Positions 25,544 through 37,638 of a DNA stretch of 64,000 nt are shown piece after piece. A program made the position numbers and the translations under genes. The number at the start of each line of letters is the position of its first letter. Positions within the stretch are counted from its first letter, which is position 1. The notes below the pieces were generated by a model, which saw only the letters and a program-made list of their open reading frames with translations, was not told the DNA's origin and did no database searches. This DNA is from Oculina patagonica (lineage: Eukaryota), in contig NC_135764.1 of NCBI RefSeq assembly GCF_052425735.1, forward strand, positions 30,070,001 through 30,134,000. The letters run 5' to 3'.

Positions 25544-27490
25544 TCATGATTGCGTGACAACCGCTCTCGGGATCCGGAAATACGCCCACTCTTCTTTCGT
25601 GTTGATTAGTTGATCCTCTTTGGTTTGATTGATCATCACCGATTCCGTGATCTCCCTCAACATCGCATCATTCTGAAACGTTCCTGTGACATTCATGGTG
25701 AAGCCTGCGATGTTACCTGCATGAATATCACAGCAATGTCTCCACAAGACAGAACTTTCCTCGCGCTGTTCAAGGGCTCTGAGATGTTCTTTGCCGCGAG
25801 TGTAAGCACTCCGGGATGTTTCGCCAATGTACTTATGGCGGCAAATCTGACAGACGAGCTCATAAGTAACACCTGTGCTACGACAAGACCCTTTTCCTCC
25901 AGTGCTACAGATCAGACAGTCGGTGTTATTGCACTGCCTTTCTTTAAACGGGTCTGACCTTTGCAGCATTCGTTTTAGGGTTAGGCCTGACTGCTCGATC
26001 ACTTTGATTCTGAAGCCTGTTTCCTTGATCTCTTTCATGAACTGGTTTCTTAATTGAGATCGCGGTGTTGCTGGTACGAAGATCACACTATCGAAACCAC
26101 CCTTTCTGTACCAGGTTTCTCGCTTTCCCCGCCTCTCCTCAGCTCGTTCTAGCTGTTTCCAACTTCTTGGTCGGTACAGTGGTTGTTCGCCGCTAGCATC
26201 TAGCTCAATCAGACGGTTGTAAGCTTTCAGTGCAGAACGTACCACTTCCGTTCTGAACTTCTGATCGTAGCCGGAGTACTGGAGGCGCAGCATCATGTGG
26301 TTCACATGGCTGACTGCAGTCTCCCAGGGAAGCTCTCTACTGCAGTTCAGAAGGATCCTCAGGATTTCTTGTGTGAGAACCGTTCTCTTACAGCTCCAGG
26401 GCAATGCTGACCTTGCATTGATCACACACTTCGAGGCCACATCCTTAGAATAAAACTCATGTAACACTACACACACCCCACTCTCTTCCTCTCCTCCACT
26501 TTCCATATTTCTCCTTTCCATCCAGACTCTCAAATCTAGTATGGGTAGCTTACCATCTTCATGTCGTGAAGGGTAATCAACCTCCAACTCAATTGATGAG
26601 TGAATGTTGTTGCCAATCTTCTGGACTAAAGCCATACATCTTCTATCGGCGCTGACGTCCCGTTCCTGCTCTGCCGCGCTGCCATCCTCGATCACCCTAC
26701 CCTCACTCTCAACAAACTTGAGTCCTGCCTTGGGAGCGTTCACAATGACATTGATGTCATCAACATACCTCTTGTACATCCTCAACCTCAACCCGTTTTC
26801 ATTCATCTTGATTTTAAACTGCCTGTCCCACCAGACCATGAACAACTGAGCTAAAACACCAGTAAGTTCAAGACCTATGGCACCCCCCTTTGACTGCAGT
26901 TTTATCTGCTTGTCGAACGTGTACACGTGGTTCTTCATAATGAAGGAGAGAACTATCTTTAGAGCCTCAGTGAACATCTTTCTGATGGTTTCCTCATCAG
27001 CTATTTCAGTTGGTGGCAGCCAAGGTTTGAACCTCTTGCTCTTACTCTCATCTAAGGCGCAGCCTGTAACAGTGGGTGGGCGGCCTCTGTTGGTCTTGCG
27101 CCGTGGACAGAACTGTAGTAACCCGACATCTCTCAACTCCGCTTCAGTTCTGTTCAGCGCTAGATATAACCCTAGCTCCTCAGCGTCTACACCGACCACT
27201 TGTACATCACTCGTGTAGAAAACTTCACACGCCTTCTCTACTGTAAAAGATATGTCCAGACTTGGGTACAAAGCCTTCACATCAGCCGAGCCAATAATTA
27301 CTTCCTCAGTGATGTTGTTACTATTCACCTTCCTGAAGTCTGCCAACATCTCTTCAGTGTTTAAGCACACAGTCTCCTCCTTCTTCCACACTTCCGTTAA
27401 GATCATACTTATAAGATGGGACAGATTTCTGTTGTAGGCTGATACTGCTCCACAAACTGGTCGAACCGGTGGGCCACTGTTTTGATCAGC
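25544..27490 (-). CDS. Penelope-like reverse transcriptase + GIY-YIG endonuclease, 5'-truncated (Neptune/Naiad-like)
   Basis: RPVCGA, DVKALYPS, QSKGGAIG, YVDD, LPILD; Cx4Cx2C linker; GVTY...YIGET...R..EH; frame open from the 27490 junction, first Met at 27406. Confidence 0.93.
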   Translation of the reverse strand, partial: ADQNSGPPVRPVCGAVSAYNRNLSHLISMILTEVWKKEETVCLNTEEMLADFRKVNSNNITEEVIIGSADVKALYPSLDISFTVEKACEVFYTSDVQVVGVDAEELGLYLALNRTEAELRDVGLLQFCPRRKTNRGRPPTVTGCALDESKSKRFKPWLPPTEIADEETIRKMFTEALKIVLSFIMKNHVYTFDKQIKLQSKGGAIGLELTGVLAQLFMVWWDRQFKIKMNENGLRLRMYKRYVDDINVIVNAPKAGLKFVESEGRVIEDGSAAEQERDVSADRRCMALVQKIGNNIHSSIELEVDYPSRHEDGKLPILDLRVWMERRNMESGGEEESGVCVVLHEFYSKDVASKCVINARSALPWSCKRTVLTQEILRILLNCSRELPWETAVSHVNHMMLRLQYSGYDQKFRTEVVRSALKAYNRLIELDASGEQPLYRPRSWKQLERAEERRGKRETWYRKGGFDSVIFVPATPRSQLRNQFMKEIKETGFRIKVIEQSGLTLKRMLQRSDPFKERQCNNTDCLICSTGGKGSCRSTGVTYELVCQICRHKYIGETSRSAYTRGKEHLRALEQREESSVLWRHCCDIHAGNIAGFTMNVTGTFQNDAMLREITESVMINQTKEDQLINTKEEWAYFRIPRAVVTQS

Positions 27491-28921
27491 TTCACTGAGG
27501 CTCTAAAGATAGTTCTCTCCTTCATTATGAAGAACCACGTGTACACGTTCGACAAGCAGATAAAACTGCAGTCAAAGGGGGGTGCCATAGGTCTTGAACT
27601 TACTGGTGTTTTAGCTCAGTTGTTCATGGTCTGGTGGGACAGGCAGTTTAAAATCAAGATGAATGAAAACGGGTTGAGGTTGAGGATGTACAAGAGGTAT
27701 GTTGATGACATCAATGTCATTGTGAACGCTCCCAAGGCAGGACTCAAGTTTGTTGAGAGTGAGGGTAGGGTGATCGAGGATGGCAGCGCGGCAGAGCAGG
27801 AACGGGACGTCAGCGCCGATAGAAGATGTATGGCTTTAGTCCAGAAGATTGGCAACAACATTCACTCATCAATTGAGTTGGAGGTTGATTACCCTTCACG
27901 ACATGAAGATGGTAAGCTACCCATACTAGATTTGAGAGTCTGGATGGAAAGGAGAAATATGGAAAGTGGAGGAGAGGAAGAGAGTGGGGTGTGTGTAGTG
28001 TTACATGAGTTTTATTCTAAGGATGTGGCCTCGAAGTGTGTGATCAATGCAAGGTCAGCATTGCCCTGGAGCTGTAAGAGAACGGTTCTCACACAAGAAA
28101 TCCTGAGGATCCTTCTGAACTGCAGTAGAGAGCTTCCCTGGGAGACTGCAGTCAGCCATGTGAACCACATGATGCTGCGCCTCCAGTACTCCGGCTACGA
28201 TCAGAAGTTCAGAACGGAAGTGGTACGTTCTGCACTGAAAGCTTACAACCGTCTGATTGAGCTAGATGCTAGCGGCGAACAACCACTGTACCGACCAAGA
28301 AGTTGGAAACAGCTAGAACGAGCTGAGGAGAGGCGGGGAAAGCGAGAAACCTGGTACAGAAAGGGTGGTTTCGATAGTGTGATCTTCGTACCAGCAACAC
28401 CGCGATCTCAATTAAGAAACCAGTTCATGAAAGAGATCAAGGAAACAGGCTTCAGAATCAAAGTGATCGAGCAGTCAGGCCTAACCCTAAAACGAATGCT
28501 GCAAAGGTCAGACCCGTTTAAAGAAAGGCAGTGCAATAACACCGACTGTCTGATCTGTAGCACTGGAGGAAAAGGGTCTTGTCGTAGCACAGGTGTTACT
28601 TATGAGCTCGTCTGTCAGATTTGCCGCCATAAGTACATTGGCGAAACATCCCGGAGTGCTTACACTCGCGGCAAAGAACATCTCAGAGCCCTTGAACAGC
28701 GCGAGGAAAGTTCTGTCTTGTGGAGACATTGCTGTGATATTCATGCAGGTAACATCGCAGGCTTCACCATGAATGTCACAGGAACGTTTCAGAATGATGC
28801 GATGTTGAGGGAGATCACGGAATCGGTGATGATCAATCAAACCAAAGAGGATCAACTAATCAACACGAAAGAAGAGTGGGCGTATTTCCGGATCCCGAGA
28901 GCGGTTGTCACGCAATCATGA
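27491..28921 (+). CDS. Penelope-like RT/GIY-YIG, shorter 5'-truncated inverted copy
   Basis: Same protein sequence as the left copy from FTEALKIV to the stop; lacks the first catalytic Asp motif. Confidence 0.88.
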   Translation, partial: FTEALKIVLSFIMKNHVYTFDKQIKLQSKGGAIGLELTGVLAQLFMVWWDRQFKIKMNENGLRLRMYKRYVDDINVIVNAPKAGLKFVESEGRVIEDGSAAEQERDVSADRRCMALVQKIGNNIHSSIELEVDYPSRHEDGKLPILDLRVWMERRNMESGGEEESGVCVVLHEFYSKDVASKCVINARSALPWSCKRTVLTQEILRILLNCSRELPWETAVSHVNHMMLRLQYSGYDQKFRTEVVRSALKAYNRLIELDASGEQPLYRPRSWKQLERAEERRGKRETWYRKGGFDSVIFVPATPRSQLRNQFMKEIKETGFRIKVIEQSGLTLKRMLQRSDPFKERQCNNTDCLICSTGGKGSCRSTGVTYELVCQICRHKYIGETSRSAYTRGKEHLRALEQREESSVLWRHCCDIHAGNIAGFTMNVTGTFQNDAMLREITESVMINQTKEDQLINTKEEWAYFRIPRAVVTQS

Positions 28922-29189
28922 AATTCTAGCTACAAGCATTTCTTTGTATTTTATTGCACAATAGAAACTGAACTCTGAACTCTGTTTTCCTATTCTTTAG
29001 ATATATTAAGTATTTTGTTTTTAGTTACTGCTATGTTTAATACTATTCTGGTTGTTATTTTAGATTTCGTTAGCAAATTTTTTTTTTTCTGTTTTTTTGA
29101 GTTATATAGCGTTATAGTTGCCTAGATACTAGAGTTATTCTTTGTGCAATGTTATATGAAGTCGTCTGAAATTTAAAATTTTTAACAGC

Positions 29190-29243
29190 ATACGGCTACC
29201 AACTGACGAGGTCTTCGGACGAAACTAGTTTTTGTAGTCGTGT
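29190..29243 (+). ncRNA. Type I minimal hammerhead ribozyme (right arm)
   Basis: Stem I ATACGGCTACCAA/TTTGTAGTCGTGT; core CTGACGA(G); stem II GTC-TTCG-GAC; GAAA; palindromic CTAG stem III; GTT cleavage triplet at 29228-29230. Confidence 0.85.
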
Positions 29244-29377
29244 ATATTAATAAAGTGTGTTGAAAGTAAATGCAAATGAGATTTTCCCATATCATTAAGA
29301 TTTTGAGAGAAAGCTTTTCCAAAAAAATGGTGGATATGTATCTTTAAAAGTATTTAAATTGTATCTTAAAGGTACCC

Positions 29378-29580
29378 CACAGAAAAAAATGACAGATTTC
29401 CTGATCTTTAAGAGGCACTCAAATAGCACTTAAAGATCATAAAAATCTTCATATCGTATGAAAACCTTTTAAAGCTATTGAAGAACACAAATCCCTTTAA
29501 GTAACCTTTAAGATGCCGTCAAGGTCCAATTGTCCAAATTGAGGAAATTCTTTGGTAAATGTAATGACACCTTTAAGAGT
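29378..29580 (+). mobile_element. Second CACAG-type left terminus
   Basis: CACAGAAAAAAATGACAGATTTCCTGATCTTTAAG... colinear with 24830-25070. Confidence 0.6.
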
Positions 29581-29969
29581 CAGGGTGCTTCGAAGTCACT
29601 TTGGGTTACAAAGTAAGTTTTAATTCTTGAATTCTCGATCTTCTCCAGGCGATGTTACTAAAGTAATTCGCAGGAACAATACAATATTTATAGCTACCCT
29701 CATAAATCCGAGGAGAAATAAAGGTGGTGTGTCTATGTGTTACAATGTTCCGAAAATGTGAAAGTCTAGATGTGCTGTTTTGAACAAAAAATGTCGCCGT
29801 ATACACTTCAAATAGATCATCAAATTCGGCTCAATGTAACTATCGACCTTGTTTTAAAAGAAGCATTCCTTGCTTTTATTATTGACAATAAACCCTCTTT
29901 TACAAGAACTGATTATAAAGGGGAAACTAATTAATGCCCTAGCATTTGCAAGTGAACTGATTACATTTC

Positions 29970-32900
29970 AGGACTGATTAAAGCAAAAGCTTTGCATGCA
30001 AGTTATCTGAAACAATCAGGTATATGTTACCCATGACAGTAGAGGACTGATTAAAGCCATAGATTTGCAGTTATCTGTGACTATTAGGTATACTCTACCC
30101 ATGATAGTTCAGGTCTGATTAAAGCAATTGCTTTGCATGTTAGCTATAATCGTCAGGTATACACTACCTACGACAGTATAGAACTGATTAAAGCGATAGC
30201 TGTGCATGTTATCTAAAACCGACAGGTATACTCTACCCACGACAGTATAGAACTGATTAAAGCAATAGTTGTGCATGTTATCTATAACCGACAGGTATAC
30301 TCTACCCACGACAGTATAGAACTGATTTCGGCAATAGTTGTGCATGTTATCTATAACCGACAGGTATACTCTACCCACGACAGTATAGAGCTGATTAAAG
30401 CGATAGTTGTGCATGTTATCTATAACCGACAGGTATACTCTACCCACGACAGAAAAGAACTGATTAAAGCAATAGTTGTGCATGTTATCTATAACCGTCA
30501 GGTATACTCTACCCACGACAGTATAGAACTGATTAAAGCGATAGTTGTGCATGTTATCTATAACCGACAGGTATACTCTACCCACGACAGTATAGAACTG
30601 ATTAAAGCGATAGTTGTGCATGTTATCTATAACCGTCAGGTATACTCTACCCACGACAGTATAGAACTGATTAAAGCAATAGCTTTGCATGTTATCTATA
30701 TCCGACAGGTATACTCTACCCACGACAGTATAGAACTGATTAAAGCAATAGTTGTGCATGTTATCTATAACCGACAGGTAAACTCTACCCACGAAAGTAT
30801 AGAACTGATTAAAGCAATAGTTTTGCATGTTATCTATATCCGACAGGTATACTCTACCCACGACAGTATAGAACTGATTAAAGCAATAGTTGTGCATGTT
30901 ATAGATCTATAACCGACAGGTAAACTCTACCCACGACAGTATAGAACTGATTAAAGCAATAGTTTTGCATGTTATCTATAACCGACAGGTATACTCTACC
31001 CACGACAGTATAGAACAGATTTAGGCAATAGCTTTGCATGTTATCTATAACCGTCAGGTATACACTACCCACGACAGTATAGAACTGATTAAAGCGATAG
31101 TTGTGCATGTTATCTATAACCGACAGGTATACTCTACCCACGACAGTATATAACTGATTTAGGCAATAGCTTTGCATGTTATCTATAACCGTCAGGTATA
31201 CACTACCCATGACAGTATAGAACTGATTAAAGCAATAGTTGTGCATGTTATCTATAACCGACAGGTATACTCTACCCACGACAGTATAGAACTGATTTAG
31301 GCAATAGTTTTGCATGTTATCTATAACCGTCAGGTATACTCTACCCACGACAGTATAGAACTGATTAAAGCAATAGTTGTGCATGTTATCTATAACCGAC
31401 AGGTATACTCTACCAACGACAGTATAGAACTGATTAAAGCAATAGTTTTGCATGTTATCTATAACCGTCAGGTATACACTACCCACGACAGTATAGAACT
31501 GATTAAAGCAATAGCTTGGCATGTTATCTATAACCGTCAGGTATTCTCTACCCACGACAGTATAGAACTAATTAAAGCAATAGTTGTGCATGTTATCTAT
31601 AACCGACAGGTATACTCTACCCACGACAGTATAGAACTGATTAATTAAAGCGATAGTTGTGCATGTTATCTATAACCGACAGGTATACTCTACCCACGAC
31701 AGTATAGAACTGATTTAGGCAATAGCTTTGCATGTTATCTATAACCGTCAGGTATACACTACCCATGACAGTATAGAACTGATTAAAGCAATAGTTGTGC
31801 ATGTTATCTATAACCGACAGGTATACTCTACCCACGACAGTATAGAACTGATTTAGGCAATAGTTTTGCATGTTATCTATAACCGTCAGGTATACTCTAC
31901 CCACGACAGTATAGAACTGATTAAAGCAATAGTTGTGCATGTTATCTATAACCGACAGGTATACTCTACCCACGACAGTATAGAACTGATTAAAGCAATA
32001 GCTTTGCATGTTATCTATAACCGTCAGGTATACTCTACCCATGACAGTATAGAACTGATTTAGGCAATAGTTGTGCATGTTATCTATAACCGACAGGTAT
32101 ACTCTACCCACGACAGTATAGAACTGATTAAAGCAATAGCTTTGCATGTTATCTATAACCGTCAGGTATACACTACCCACGACAGTATAGAACTGATTAA
32201 AGCAATAGTTGTGCATGTTATCTATAACCGACAGGTATACTCTACCCACGACAGTATAGAACTGATTAAAGCAATAGCTAAGCATGTTATCTATAACCGT
32301 CAGGTATACTCTACCCACGACAGTATAGAACTGATTAAAGCAATAGTTGTGCATGTTATCTATAACCAACAGGTATACTCTACCCACGACAGTATAGAAC
32401 TGATTTAGGCAATAGCTTTGCATGTTATCTATAACCGTCAGGTATACACTACCCACGACAGTATAGAACTGATTAAAGCAATAGTTGTGCATGTTATCTA
32501 TAACCGACAGGTATACTCTACCCACGACAGTATAGAACTGATTTAGGCAATAGTTTTGCATGTTATCTATAACCGTCAGGTATACTCTACCCACGACAGT
32601 ATAGAACTGATTAAAGCAATAGTTTTGCATGTTATCTATAACCGACAGGTATACACTACCCACGACAGTATAGAACTGATTAAAGCAATAGTTGTGCATG
32701 TTATCTATAATCGACAGGTATACTCTACCCACGACAGTATAGAACTGATTAAAGCAATTGTGAGCGTAGAACGTTACTCACAGGACGATCGTTAAATCCC
32801 ACGTTAGAACAGAAAATTCTTGACGCGCTTTTAGAAACATTTGCTACAATAATGATGCTCACGACGATAAGGATGTAAACAAAGTTTATTGAAGCGAGGC

Positions 32901-34180
32901 GATGAGACGTTAACAAACGAAGCGATGCGTAGCGAAGCGATGAGTAGATGTACAAATGATTCGGTAAAGCGGTACAAAGTGGTACTAAGCGATAAAAGCG
33001 GTAGAAGCGGTAGAAGCGGTTTCGAAAACTAAAAAGTAAATACAGCGAAAACTACAATTAGACTAGCTAGAAACTACCTTAAACTATGAAAACAAACTTC
33101 GGAACGATGCAAAACGACTTATAAAACGTAACATGCACAAAGTAAAAAGACTTACTTCTGTGTCCGCGTTAGGGATTTCACAGCGTTGACGTTGAGCCTT
33201 ACTTTTGATCTTAACACGATGACACGTTGACTAGAACTCAGAAAGTTTCCTGAGCACGTTCGACAAAATGCTAGCTAATACAAAGGAAAATAGATTTCTT
33301 TGTTTGTAGATAATACGTAGGCAAGTATATCCGCGGCAAAAAACCACAAATGCTAAAGATAATAACGCAAAAGAAACTACAAAGGGATCGAAAGGAAATA
33401 CGGAAAACCAGAAAATATTTGGCAGTAACAGCAATAGCTTTGCATGTTATCTATAACCGTCAGGTATACTCTACCCACGACAGTATAGAACTGATTAAAG
33501 CGATAGTTTTGCATGTTATCTATAACCGTCAGGTATACTCTACCCACGACAGTATAGAACTGATTAAAGCAATAGTTTTGCATGTTATCTATAACCGTCA
33601 GGTATACTCTACCCACGACAGTATAGAAATGATTAAAGCAATAGCTTGGCATGTTATCTATAACCGTCAGGTATTCTCTACCCACGACAGTATAGAACTA
33701 ATTAAAGCAATAGTTGTGCATGTTATCTATAATCAACAGGTATACTCTACCCACGACTGTATAGAACTGATTAAAGCAATAGTTTTGCATGTTATCTATA
33801 ACCGTTAGTTATACTCTACCCACGACAGTATAGAACTGATTAAAGGGATAGTTTTGCATGTTATCTATAACCGTCAGGTATACTCTACCCACGACAGTAT
33901 AGGACTGATTAAAGCAATAGTTTTGCAAGTTATTTATAACCGCCAGGTATACTCCACGCACGACAGTATAGAACTAATTAAAGCGATAGTTTTGCATGTT
34001 ATCTATATCCGACAGGTATACCGACGACAGTTTAGAACTGATCAAATTGATAGTTTTGCATGTTATCTATAACTGTCAGGTATACACTACCCACAACAGT
34101 ATAGGACAAATTAAAGCGACAGTCTTGCAAGGTGTCTTTAACCAAAAGGTAGGCACTACCCGTGATAGTACAGGACCATG
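29970..34180. repeat. 69-bp tandem satellite, about 50 units
   Basis: Unit CTGATTAAAGCAATAGTTGTGCATGTTATCTATAACCGACAGGTATACTCTACCCACGACAGTATAGAA (starts at 30184, 30253, ...); degenerate edges; outlier units near 34930-35045. Confidence 0.97.
32759..33430 (-). mobile_element. Solo LTR (672 bp)
   Basis: TG...CA ends; 5-bp TSD GCAAT at 32754-32758 and 33431-33435; minus-strand AATAAA near 32885. Confidence 0.85.
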
Positions 34181-34448
34181 ACGAGCTTAGTCCTCCAAAA
34201 AAATTATGCAAATTAGATTTAATCTCCTTAGTAGAGAATATTTCTCCATTTAGGGGATTGAAATCAGAAACATAAGTAAGTAGTTCACACCTTGAACTAC
34301 TGCAATGTACAGTAAGGTGTCAGTTGCGGTATCTCTGTAGAAAGTAAAAAACATATATTAGCTGGATTCTGGGTTGATTTTGTTGTCTTAAAATCGCAGG
34401 TTACATCAAACTGAATGAGGTTTGCCAACCACCAGTTCCTATGAAGTA

Positions 34449-34700
34449 CTGTATTTATTCAATCAAGTGCTGGGCGCTTATTCGAGGTGGACACTTATTC
34501 GAGGCTGGGCGCTTATTACATTTTCGCCATTTCTTGAGAGTAGAAAGTTTGTTTTACAACAAAACAATGAATAATAATAAAACATGAAGTTGCACAAAGC
34601 AACTGTTCATTGAAAGTGTCTATAAAATGCTAAGAAAACTCGGTCTTCAGAGAACCCTCTTAGTAGTACTTAGTCAATTTCAATCTCTATTAGTATTACT
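34449..34700 (+). mobile_element. Mariner-type MITE, left fragment
   Basis: TA+CTGTATTTATTC start; GGGCGCTTATTCGAGG repeats. Confidence 0.55.
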
Positions 34701-36461
34701 GGTGACATCGAACTGTGCAAGGTGTGCCACCCACCAGTATTGATGAAAAATATAAGCAGGCAGTATTAGATTTGCAGGTTACATCAAACTGTATGAAAAA
34801 ACTGCCAGAGCAAAAACTGCGTGACACACCAACATATCGTAACAATCACACTGGTTTCATTTCAAATTTCCTGGCATGCCGTAAAAAATAAAATACCTCC
34901 TGGACAGAATTTTTTGAGAGCTTAGCTCGTCATGGATTTAAGCGAAAGTGTTGCAAGTTATCTGTAACCATCATTTATACACTAACCACGATAGTACAGG
35001 TCTAATTAAAACGATAGCTTTGCAGGTTATCTGAAACAATCATATAGGTCACACAATGGTCACGCAATGTCACACAACATAATAGCATACACTGTTGCAT
35101 TATCGTTCGTTAAAACAATGTATGTAACAAACTTACCTGGAATCCTCCTCACTCGTGAATGATTTAAAGAATGAATGATCCACAATGTCAAAACTCCTAT
35201 AAACAAACGCGACTAATATTTTCCTGGTTGCAATTGCATACATGCATGCCAGCAGCTTTCACTGAGGACCACGTGCTTCAGTACTACAGACCAAAACGGA
35301 CATTCACCACCGATCGACGACAGAACAATTTTGTTTGCGTGCGTAAAAGAAATCTGTACCAACTGCAAGACCTCGAGACATTTTTGAAAAGCAAAGCGGT
35401 TGTCGATGTACGGCACCCGTTCGGTGTCTACTGTCGCTGTAATTCCCCATTTCAAGTCGCCGAAACAAAATCAACAATGTATTTGATACCGATCCATACA
35501 GATTACAATCTTGTGAGGAGTGAAATCTTCCACTTGAACAGCATTTCACTATAATGACTTTCAAAATGGTTATACAGCATCGAGAAGCTAGAAATCGCCG
35601 GAAATCGGAATAACCGGATCGATAATTCGCATGAATAAATATTTGAGCACTCGTCGCAGCTAACGAAATTCACCGAGAATTCAACTGCTTGAAGTCGTCA
35701 CTTCGCGCTTCCATTTCAGTTTAAGACCCCAGTAGAATTTGTCCCCAGTAGAATGATGCCACCGAAAGCCGAAAGGTGGACCATGAAAAGCTTTCCTGAC
35801 AATGATGTGGACGCACAACGCATTGCTTTGACTGCTTTTCGCTCTGGCCTCTAACAAACAAGAGATTCGCGCGAAATGACTCTTTCGCGCGCGAATCAAA
35901 ACTATTTTATCCAGGGGTGGGACGTCAGCTAAATTACACTATCCGGTGATTGGATCATAAACCTTTGATAATACATATTTTTCCACACTAAGAGAAAAAG
36001 TAAATGATTTAAAACACAAGAAAAAAGTAGATGAAGTCAGTTGAAACAAATTTTGTTTGCACAATAACATCTAAATGATATCCCCAGCTACTACCCCTCG
36101 AAAAAGCGTGATTCTTGGCGCCAAATCCTTCTGCATAAATTTGCCGCCCGAAGACTGGGGAAAGGACGAATATAATACCGACCGTCCCCGGGGTAGAAAT
36201 ATTAATCTTTAGTCTATCTGCCCAGCTGCCCTATTTATTTCCTTTTTCCGAATGCTTATTCACTTTAAATAAACAAAAACATTTATCTTCCTGTGTTTTT
36301 TGTTGATATATTTAAAGATGGTACGCTGGAGAACGCCAACGCCGGCGAAAAACTTTCCCTACTCACCCCCTCCCCAAGACATCAGCAATAATTCATATTT
36401 GAGCGCCAAAATCTTGAAATACGTTACGTTATTTCGGCGATCATGGCGGAGATCAAAGAGG

Positions 36462-37638
36462 CATAGGCGTACGGGCCGGGGGGGCTGGGGGGGCTGCAGC
36501 CCCCCCAAATTTTGGGCAACTCAGATTTTTTGGGCAGCAAGAGAAATTTGGGCAAAGTCAGTTTTTAAAGTAGTTTTCTTTTTTTTCTCGAAAAGATAGA
36601 TATGTTCTATTTTAACCTGAAGTCGGCGTGGTTATTATTTTCTTGACAATGTGAGACCAGATTCACTAACAAGATTTACCCAAGATTCCTTATTTCGAGA
36701 GGCGCTGATATCTTCGTAACTGTAGGACGTAAATTTCCGGCGGCCACCATTTCAAGTAGAGACGTCAGTGAGAATCGATACGTCCAGAAAGAACGTGGAA
36801 TCTAGTGAGATGTTAAATTTTAAGAACCAGTGAATGGACAGTTTGATGAATGCACCAAAGAAGCGCTGCTTGTACGTGGAAGCCAGCAGTTATTATGAAC
36901 TTCCTTTTCTAAACGTTATAACAAATAAATTCATATTTCCTTTAATAATGGACAAAATGATAGTCACTCAATTTGGGAAATTTATGTCACGGTGAAACAC
37001 GACCCTGATAAAGAAAGCTTCTCCCGCGTTGCTAAATTTTACAAAATCGACGGCGAGATTCTGAAAGCCGAGCAGAAAATGTACGCGAGTTTTCGTCGTT
37101 TGCGCGGATTAGGCTACATGACTGTTTCAGAAATGCTGGAGACAATGCACGAGAATGGTCTATTTGATATGTCTCCACAGTTTTCTTATGTGGTACATAT
37201 CCTCGCAGAGCATGATACTTGCTACATGTACATCGTGTTCTGCAGAAAGATCATTGTGTGCATTGCGCAGATTGAAAACTTACCTCAACAGCACCATGGG
37301 GCAACGTGTCAGTAACATCGCACTTATTAACATTGAAAGGGCATATGCCAAATCTGTAGTCAACAATGAAAAGATTGTACCATTGAAATCTTCGGCCATC
37401 GAAATGGCAGATAGCTATTTCTTTTAAGGTGATTTATGAGCTCATATGATAAATTCATATGCAAGAACTGCACGAGAATATTTTCTCTTCATATGTAGGC
37501 CTATGGTAGCTTATATTAGTGCATCGCAGTACCCTCGTTTCTTCTCGACTTTTTCGTAAAAATTTGGGCAACTTGCGATAATTTTTTGGGCAAATGGTTC
37601 ACCGCCCCCCCTGGCAAAAAATTGCCCGTACGCCTATG
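36462..37638 (+). mobile_element. hAT deletion derivative with transposase C-terminal remnant
   Basis: TIR CATAGGCGTACGGGC; 8-bp TSD CAAAGAGG; frameshifted dimerisation-domain motif TSCSAERSLCALRRLKTYLNSTMGQ...IALINIE within 36992-37427. Confidence 0.92.

Larger units (their letters stand above)
25121..29301. mobile_element. Penelope-like retroelement, inverted (palindromic) insertion
   Basis: Arms 25170-26974 and 27491-29297 are near-identical reverse complements around a 516-bp spacer; TSD TTTGAGAGAAAGC at 25108-25120 and 29302-29314. Confidence 0.93.

Noticed and set aside
25544-28921. Selenoprotein-type (in-frame UGA) Penelope-like ORF
   Set aside because: No internal TGA in the retained coding region; the terminal TGA follows a complete endonuclease domain
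30109-34072. 23-aa repeat proteins on both strands with a TALE-like variable di-residue (HN/QS/QN/PS)
   Set aside because: 69 is a multiple of 3, so ORFs arise automatically. The common variants are non-synonymous, stops and 4-bp frameshifts occur, and an LTR interrupts the array.
29970-34180. CRISPR array
   Set aside because: No unique spacers, no cas genes, eukaryotic context
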